Source: a virus | Lineage: Duplodnaviria > Caudoviricetes | Direction: 5' to 3' (one strand) | DNA: 64,000 nt | Virus record (IMG/VR): IMGVR_UViG_3300028833_001955 | Span: 116-64,115 of that record | Part shown: positions 58,185 through 64,000 of the stretch, one piece after another | Layout: each line of letters opens with the position of its first letter | Numbering within the stretch: position 1 is the first letter of the stretch | Translations under genes and position numbers: made by a program | The notes under the pieces: generated by a model | What the model saw: only the letters and a program-made list of their open reading frames with translations | The model's database searches: none | Told to the model about the DNA's origin: nothing

Positions 58185-59894
58185 ATGTCTGGTTTTACAA
58201 CAGGAAATAATAGAAATAATACGATAAATCCAAATCCGGTAAGAAGGGTTTTGAGAAAACTTTCATCATTCGGTATGAACTACAAGGATGATGTCATAAA
58301 AAATGTCCGTTCCCAAGATTTAGATTTACAAAGACAGGTTTTAAATTCATCTCCAAATTCGGCACAAGTTGGTTCTTTGAATGATGAAGCGGTACAAGTT
58401 TTGTTTGCTCGTATGTCATCTACGGACCCATCTTTGTCAAAAGGTTATTTCAACCTTTCGGAAGAAAATTATGCAAAGAAAAAAGAACAATTAAGAAGAT
58501 ATGCCTTACAGGATGAAATCGAGGAAATACTTGACATCATCTGTGAGGAATGTGTTTGCTTTGATGGTGCAAATAAGTTTGCAAGTGCAGCACTGAACTA
58601 CAAAGTCGACCAAAATATTATGGAAGAATATAATGCAGAGTACAATAAACTCTATAATTATTTTGGTTTTTATGATACGGTTCAAGCAACAGACTATTTC
58701 AGGAAATGGTTAATAGATGGTTTTCTTGCTTTCGAAATTGTTTATAATAAAGAGCAAACTGAAATTATCGGTTTTGTCGAGCTTGACCCGGCAATGCTTA
58801 CACCGGGTATCGACCCTGCAACAAATGAAAAAGTATGGTTTGTTAATCAACAAATGTCACCGAATGGCACAGCGACACAAGATAGGATATTATATGATTC
58901 ACAGATTATATATCTCGCCTATGCAAAAGCGGATGCAGTTTCAAGAATATCTTATGTCGAAAGACTTATTCGTTCATTCAACATTTTAAGAACGATGGAG
59001 GCAACAAGAATCATCTGGGCTGTAACCAATGCAAGTTACAAGACACAATACATAATTCCCGTCGGTTCTGTTCAGTCTCCAAGAGGTCGTCAGACACTTG
59101 CTCAGGCAATGTCTAATTATAAAGAACTTGTAGACTTTGATTGGGATTCCGGTGAAATTAGAACCAATGGTCGTCCTATGCTTCAGTTCTACAAAGACAT
59201 CTTTATGGCTTCTGAGGGTGGTGAGACCCCACAGATACAGAACTTGGGTGGTGATGGTCCAGAAATCTCAGATACAGAAACTTTAAAATACTTCCGTGAC
59301 AAATTACGTCAGGCTTCAAAAATTCCAAACACCCGTTTTGAAAAAGAACAGGGCGAGGGTGTATATACACTTTCCGCCGAAGGTATCAACCGTGAAGAAA
59401 TTAGATTTGCAAAATTCGTAAAAAGGCTTCGTGCAATATTCTCAGAGATTCTTTTAAAACCTCTATACATCCAGATGTGTTTGAAACATCAGGAAATCAC
59501 AACGGATATAAATTTCCGTGTTAATATGGGTCTTGACTGGTATTCAGATTCATTGTTCGAGGAGAACAAGAAGATGGAATATTTACAGAAACAGTCTGAT
59601 TTCATTGGTTCAATTATGAGTACACTCGTTGAAACCGATGCAGAAGGAAATCAAATCCCATACTTTGATTTTGAATGGGCGGTTCGTAAATGGTTTGGTC
59701 TGACAGATGAGGAACTTAAAGAAAATAAGAGATATAAGATGGAAAAAGAACTTCGTGCAGAAGGATACAAAGAGGAAGATATTTCTAAAATTATAGGTGG
59801 AGAACCGAAAGAAAAATTCAAACCAGTGAAGAAAAAGAAAAAGGAAGATGAAGAGGATGAAGAAGGTGGCGGTGGTGGATTCGGTGGTCTATAA
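58185..59894 (+). CDS. gp20: Portal protein
   Basis: EIEEILDIICEE, FRKWLIDG, SYVERLIRSFN.LRTMEATRIIW, YFRDKLRQASKIP..RF and REEIRFAKFV.RLR. Confidence 0.93.
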   Translation: MSGFTTGNNRNNTINPNPVRRVLRKLSSFGMNYKDDVIKNVRSQDLDLQRQVLNSSPNSAQVGSLNDEAVQVLFARMSSTDPSLSKGYFNLSEENYAKKKEQLRRYALQDEIEEILDIICEECVCFDGANKFASAALNYKVDQNIMEEYNAEYNKLYNYFGFYDTVQATDYFRKWLIDGFLAFEIVYNKEQTEIIGFVELDPAMLTPGIDPATNEKVWFVNQQMSPNGTATQDRILYDSQIIYLAYAKADAVSRISYVERLIRSFNILRTMEATRIIWAVTNASYKTQYIIPVGSVQSPRGRQTLAQAMSNYKELVDFDWDSGEIRTNGRPMLQFYKDIFMASEGGETPQIQNLGGDGPEISDTETLKYFRDKLRQASKIPNTRFEKEQGEGVYTLSAEGINREEIRFAKFVKRLRAIFSEILLKPLYIQMCLKHQEITTDINFRVNMGLDWYSDSLFEENKKMEYLQKQSDFIGSIMSTLVETDAEGNQIPYFDFEWAVRKWFGLTDEELKENKRYKMEKELRAEGYKEEDISKIIGGEPKEKFKPVKKKKKEDEEDEEGGGGGFGGL

Positions 59895-59912
59895 TAGCTA
59901 AAAAATGTTTTT

Positions 59913-59920
59913 CATAAATA
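59913..59920 (+). promoter_or_regulatory. Late-promoter-like CATAAATA
   Basis: Exact octamer upstream of the protease gene. Confidence 0.7.
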
Positions 59921-59951
59921 AAGAGATAGATATAAAAAAATTATATATAAA

Positions 59952-61964
59952 ATGAAAGAAAAAAGAGTATTGGTGGTAGAACGCTCGGGTTCTGATATCA
60001 GTTATTCTAACGAGACCGTTACTAATAATCTCGGCAAGCAAGAAGAGTCAATAGTTCTTACCGGTATATTTACAACTTTTAATGAAAAAAATCGTAATGG
60101 TAGAATATATGAAAGTGCAGACTTTCTTCCACATCTTGAAGCATTAAAAGAATCTGTTAAGAACCATACATTACTAGGTGAGTTAGACCACCCACATGGT
60201 TTTGAGATTTCACTGACAAATGCAAGTCATGTGATTGAAAGTCTTGAGTTTGACCCACAAAGAAACGCTGTTGTTGGTAAGATTCGTCTTCTCAACACTG
60301 CAAAGGGTAAGGATGCACAAGCATTGGTTAGAGATGGTATTCCTCTCCATATCAGTTCACGTGCAGCCGGTACCGTCGATGAAAGTGGTCACGTAAAACT
60401 TCAACAATTGTTCACTTATGATTTGGTTGCAGACCCTGGTTTTGCAAACGCTGTCTTATCGAGAGTGAATGAAGGGGTGGATTCAAATCCTATTTCTGAT
60501 GAAACGAGAAGAATTTTGACCGAAATGAAAGAAAATTATGAAAAAGTCAACGAAGGTCTTAATCTTGTTTCTAGTTCTGAAAGTTGTGAGATTTATGAAA
60601 CTAATACAGAACTTGTTCCAGAACCAGGTAAAGAAGGTAAAAAGACAGATGATTTTGGTGGTGAGCAACAAAACAAGAACACCGATAAGGCATCTAATGG
60701 TACAATAGACGATACAAATAACAAAAATAATATGGACGGAAAATATATTTCATTTGAAGATTTTCAGAAATATACTGAAAACCTATCTGAAATCATCGCC
60801 GATTTGCAGTCCGCTATTTCAAATTATAGAAATGAGTTAGAATCAGTGAAAAATGAAAAGGGTGGTACAAAACCAACCGAAACATTCCAGGATGGAAAAA
60901 CTGATAATAGTGCAATTTCAAATTTGGTCACAAATAGTGTTGAAAAAAAGATAAAAGAAGTTGAGGAAAGATATGAGAATCTGAAAAAATATACTATGTA
61001 TCTCGCCGAACAACTCGACAATTCTATCTCACATCAAGACTACCTTGCTGAAAACTGCAACAAGATGATTGAACACCAAGACTACATTGCTGAAAACTGC
61101 AACAAGATTCTTGAGCATCAAGACTACATTGTTGATAACTTGAATGACACAATTGGTTATCAAAACTATCTTGCAGAGATGTTGGATAAGTCTATTGACT
61201 ATTCTAACATGCTTGCAGAAGAGCAAAATAAAAATATCGCTCACTCAGACTATCTCGTAGAGAAGATGAATCAAATGATTGGTCATCAAGACTATATTGC
61301 AGAAAGTTGCAATGAAATGATTGATGAAAACAACAAGTTGAATGAAACCATTCAAAAATTGAAGGATTTCGGTAACTATTTAGCAGAAGGCATGAATAAT
61401 ATTGTCGCTCACAACGATTACATCGTAGAGAGTTTGAACAAGAAAGAAGAAAATGCTTTGAATGAGGAACAGAATAAACAACAAATTGTTGAGGAAAAGG
61501 TTGATGAGAAAGTTGATGAGAAAAAAGAAGAGAAATTCGATTCAAAGAAATATCAGAATGACCTCAATGAAAAACTTGGAAATCTCATATCAACAGTAAA
61601 GACTCAGTATGAAGAGGCAAAGAAGAAAGAAGCCGAACAAATTACAGAGTCAAGAAAAGCCGTTGAAAATGCAAACGAGTTTATGCTTGTTAATTATATT
61701 CCAGAAAGGCTCAAAGAGAGATGGGCAAATCTTTCAGATGAGAGAAAACAAGAAATTTTGGCCGAGTCAAAGATGCTTGTTATCAACAATGCAAATGCAG
61801 CAACTTATTTCTGGAACACTCGTGATATGAGAGAAAAACAAGTTGAGATGAAGAAAGTTGAGGAACAAGTTACTGCAAATCAACAAAACAATACTATAAA
61901 TGAAGGTCTGACAGAAAGACAAAAAATGATGTCCGATATGATTAAATATCGTATGAGAAGATAA
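59952..61964 (+). CDS. gp21: Prohead protease fused to a long scaffold-like coiled coil
   Basis: NRNGRIY, LLGELDHP, ASHVI, ISSRAAG and YDLVADPGF, then about 450 aa of helical sequence. Confidence 0.92.
   Translation: MKEKRVLVVERSGSDISYSNETVTNNLGKQEESIVLTGIFTTFNEKNRNGRIYESADFLPHLEALKESVKNHTLLGELDHPHGFEISLTNASHVIESLEFDPQRNAVVGKIRLLNTAKGKDAQALVRDGIPLHISSRAAGTVDESGHVKLQQLFTYDLVADPGFANAVLSRVNEGVDSNPISDETRRILTEMKENYEKVNEGLNLVSSSESCEIYETNTELVPEPGKEGKKTDDFGGEQQNKNTDKASNGTIDDTNNKNNMDGKYISFEDFQKYTENLSEIIADLQSAISNYRNELESVKNEKGGTKPTETFQDGKTDNSAISNLVTNSVEKKIKEVEERYENLKKYTMYLAEQLDNSISHQDYLAENCNKMIEHQDYIAENCNKILEHQDYIVDNLNDTIGYQNYLAEMLDKSIDYSNMLAEEQNKNIAHSDYLVEKMNQMIGHQDYIAESCNEMIDENNKLNETIQKLKDFGNYLAEGMNNIVAHNDYIVESLNKKEENALNEEQNKQQIVEEKVDEKVDEKKEEKFDSKKYQNDLNEKLGNLISTVKTQYEEAKKKEAEQITESRKAVENANEFMLVNYIPERLKERWANLSDERKQEILAESKMLVINNANAATYFWNTRDMREKQVEMKKVEEQVTANQQNNTINEGLTERQKMMSDMIKYRMRR
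60990..61451 (+). repeat. 14-aa (42-bp) periodic repeat, consensus HQDYIAENCNKMIE
   Basis: Units in register at 61032, 61074, 61116, 61242, 61284 and 61410. Confidence 0.9.
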
Positions 61965-61998
61965 AAAAAAAATAAAAAATAAGAAAGAGGTAACTAAA

Positions 61999-62682
61999 AT
62001 GTTTCAAACTATATTCATCTGGCTAAAAGAATATGGAGTACTTCTTTTACAGTTGATAAAAACTTATGGTAAGAAAGCAGTCTCACTTATACTTTTTATA
62101 GGTGTTATTTTATTAGGAATCAGTTACATTGTGGATTATAAAACAAAAAATTCATTTGAATCTGTAATAAAAGAACAAGAAGAAATCCACAATGAAAAGT
62201 TGATTGAATCTAAAGAAGTATATAGAGACGTAAAACAAAAACTAAGGATAGTTTTAAAATCATTAGATTGTGAATACATCTATTTGATAGAATATCATAA
62301 TGGTTCTGAAAATATGACGACATCATTTCCATTCAGAAAATTCGATGTCACCATGGACATCTGTAAAACTGGAGTACCATATGTAAACACATCACAACTA
62401 AAAGACGAACATATAACAAGATATGACATCTTCGACAACGAAGATTTTGTTGGACAGCAATTCACATATATCAGTAGAGATGATTTGAAAACAGTTGATT
62501 ATAAGTTATACCAATTGATAGAACACAATGAAGATATTAAATGGATTTATACATATAATTTATATTATGGAAATAAACTTCTCGGTGCAGTGATAGTTAT
62601 GTCATATAAACCAATTAGTTTAAAAGTTTTTATAAACCAAATGCATGATTTAGAAGATATTTTTAATTCGATTGGACGGTAA
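61999..62682 (+). CDS. Putative holin of the T4 gpT type (N-terminal TM plus GAF-like domain)
   Basis: TM segment AVSLILFIGVILLGISYIV, then YLIEYHNG and a C-terminal GAVIVMSY. Confidence 0.55.
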   Translation: MFQTIFIWLKEYGVLLLQLIKTYGKKAVSLILFIGVILLGISYIVDYKTKNSFESVIKEQEEIHNEKLIESKEVYRDVKQKLRIVLKSLDCEYIYLIEYHNGSENMTTSFPFRKFDVTMDICKTGVPYVNTSQLKDEHITRYDIFDNEDFVGQQFTYISRDDLKTVDYKLYQLIEHNEDIKWIYTYNLYYGNKLLGAVIVMSYKPISLKVFINQMHDLEDIFNSIGR

Positions 62683-62692
62683 AAAAAATTTT

Positions 62693-62802
62693 CATAAATA
62701 TAGAGAATGTGGGTAAAATACCCACATTCAAAAGCGAAAAAGTATTTTACATAAATACTAATAAGAAAAACTTGAAGTAAATAGAAGCAAAGTACTTCAG
62801 TT
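62693..62802 (+). promoter_or_regulatory. Tandem CATAAATA sites (62693, 62750), each followed by a hairpin, upstream of the capsid gene
   Basis: GAATGTGGGTA-aaa-TACCCACATTC at 62705-62729; an imperfect stem at 62769-62802. Confidence 0.65.
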
Positions 62803-62836
62803 GACTATATACAAAATAAAAAAGAAAAAAAAAATT

Positions 62837-64000
62837 ATGTTACAAAACGTTATTTTGAACGAAGCCGAAACTTTGAAGGCTTGGTCAGGTTTTATTACTG
62901 AGTCAACTGGTGTTACTGATAGAGCTAAGTTGACATGGATGAGCAAATACTGTGCTTATCACGATATGAATGAAAAACAACAGCTCAACGAGTCAGTAGC
63001 TGGTTATGCTCACCTTAACCCAGGTATGAACGTTGGCGGTATGGGCGACATCTATTTCCCAGGTGCTAACCCTAACAATGGTTATGATGGACAACGTGGT
63101 AGTGGTGACAACCCATTCTCACTTCTCCCTCTCGCCGTTCAGGTTGCTGCACAGACAATCGCTCTCGACCTCGTTCCAGTAGTTCCAATGCAGGGTCCTC
63201 TCGGAATCCTCCAATATATGGACTATGTTTATGAAGGTGGTAAGACAAACATCGCTCCTCGTTTCGAGGGTGAATGGCCAATGGGTAACGAGTCTAAGAC
63301 TGCTCCTCTCATGGTTAAATTGACCCTTGCAAAAGAAGATGGTAGTGATTCCGATTCTGAAAAGGATATTGTAAATCACGCCGCTTCTTACAAAGAACTC
63401 CAAGAGGCTTTCAAACCTGGTTACACAACTGAGGTTGGTGAGTACAAACTTATCTTCGTTGCACTTGGTCGTATCGACGGTCGTCCTATCTTCCAGGTTC
63501 AGGAGAAATTGAGAACCAACGAACAGAAATGGAACGGTGGTGAAGGTGCAAGTCAATCACTCGCTGAAACACTTATGGGTGAGAATGCAGAACAGATTGC
63601 TGGTTACTATGTAATCGACATCGACACTGTTAAGGCTCTTGAAGATTTCATCCCTGGTTTCACTGGTGCCGGTTTCAAGAATGGTAATCCAATGTCAGCT
63701 CAGTCTTATGACAGAGCAACTGGTGAATCAACACCAAGCAACATGATGTCATTGAACGTCTTCACCGAGAAGGTAGAAGCCAAGACCATTCAGGTTAAAG
63801 GTACTATCACTCGTGAGCAAATCCAAGACCTCAAGGCTTATGGTATCGACGCTCTTGCACAGGTTGAAGCAGAACTCGTCAATGAATTGACTCAGCACAT
63901 CAACCGTGAGTTGTTGAACAACATCTTTGAACTTGGTTGGAAGAACCACGAGGAAGCTCTTGCTTTCGAGGGTATCAACCTCAACACATTCTTCACAGTT
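62837..64000 (+). CDS. gp23: Major capsid protein, gp23-like; runs off the window, so it is absent from the ORF track
   Basis: MLQNVILNEAE...QLNESV...LLPLAVQVAAQTIALDLVPVVPMQGP...VEAKTIQVK...AELVNELTQHINRE; follows portal and protease. Confidence 0.92.
   Translation, partial: MLQNVILNEAETLKAWSGFITESTGVTDRAKLTWMSKYCAYHDMNEKQQLNESVAGYAHLNPGMNVGGMGDIYFPGANPNNGYDGQRGSGDNPFSLLPLAVQVAAQTIALDLVPVVPMQGPLGILQYMDYVYEGGKTNIAPRFEGEWPMGNESKTAPLMVKLTLAKEDGSDSDSEKDIVNHAASYKELQEAFKPGYTTEVGEYKLIFVALGRIDGRPIFQVQEKLRTNEQKWNGGEGASQSLAETLMGENAEQIAGYYVIDIDTVKALEDFIPGFTGAGFKNGNPMSAQSYDRATGESTPSNMMSLNVFTEKVEAKTIQVKGTITREQIQDLKAYGIDALAQVEAELVNELTQHINRELLNNIFELGWKNHEEALAFEGINLNTFFTV

Noticed and set aside
1-64000. 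Active TAG-to-Gln recoding (code 15)
   Set aside because: Standard-code ORFs tile the window almost completely, including genes of 1000-2000 aa, and no gene fragments are joined by TAG.
1-64000. tRNA or rRNA genes
   Set aside because: Intergenic gaps are short and AT-rich, and I saw no cloverleaf or T-loop (GTTCRA) context. A tRNAscan run would be decisive.

Overview
This is 64 kb of a very AT-rich, T4-related huge (jumbo/mega) myophage genome, read in the standard code. Head and tail genes: portal, prohead protease-scaffold fusion, major capsid (partial), neck, tail sheath, tail tube, and large baseplate/fibre proteins. Replication and nucleotide genes: topoisomerase II subunits, clamp loader, Rad50-like gp46, ThyX, a dUTPase fusion, a 5'-nucleotidase and two C5 methyltransferases (one split). 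A ClpC-like ATPase, a MoxR/peptidase/vWA trio and a GIY-YIG endonuclease are also present. The most striking structure is two late-promoter-driven tandem arrays (14.2-19.4 kb and 37.5-41.2 kb) of 11 genes that all start with the same leader, MGILK(T/N/K)(I/L)T(E/D/N/K)EYF. Nine carry variable numbers of shuffled 25-aa DUF285/BspA-type repeats and two carry an unrelated body. Many other accessory late genes start with motifs resembling the T4 capsid-targeting sequence. The working hypothesis (inference) is a virion-packaged, protease-matured cargo system that includes a diversified repeat-protein binder library. I read 20 CATAAATA late-promoter-like sites, 5 TTGTTATATTT promoter-like sites and 12 intrinsic-terminator hairpins. 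All protein family calls come from motif recognition by eye; no database searches were run.
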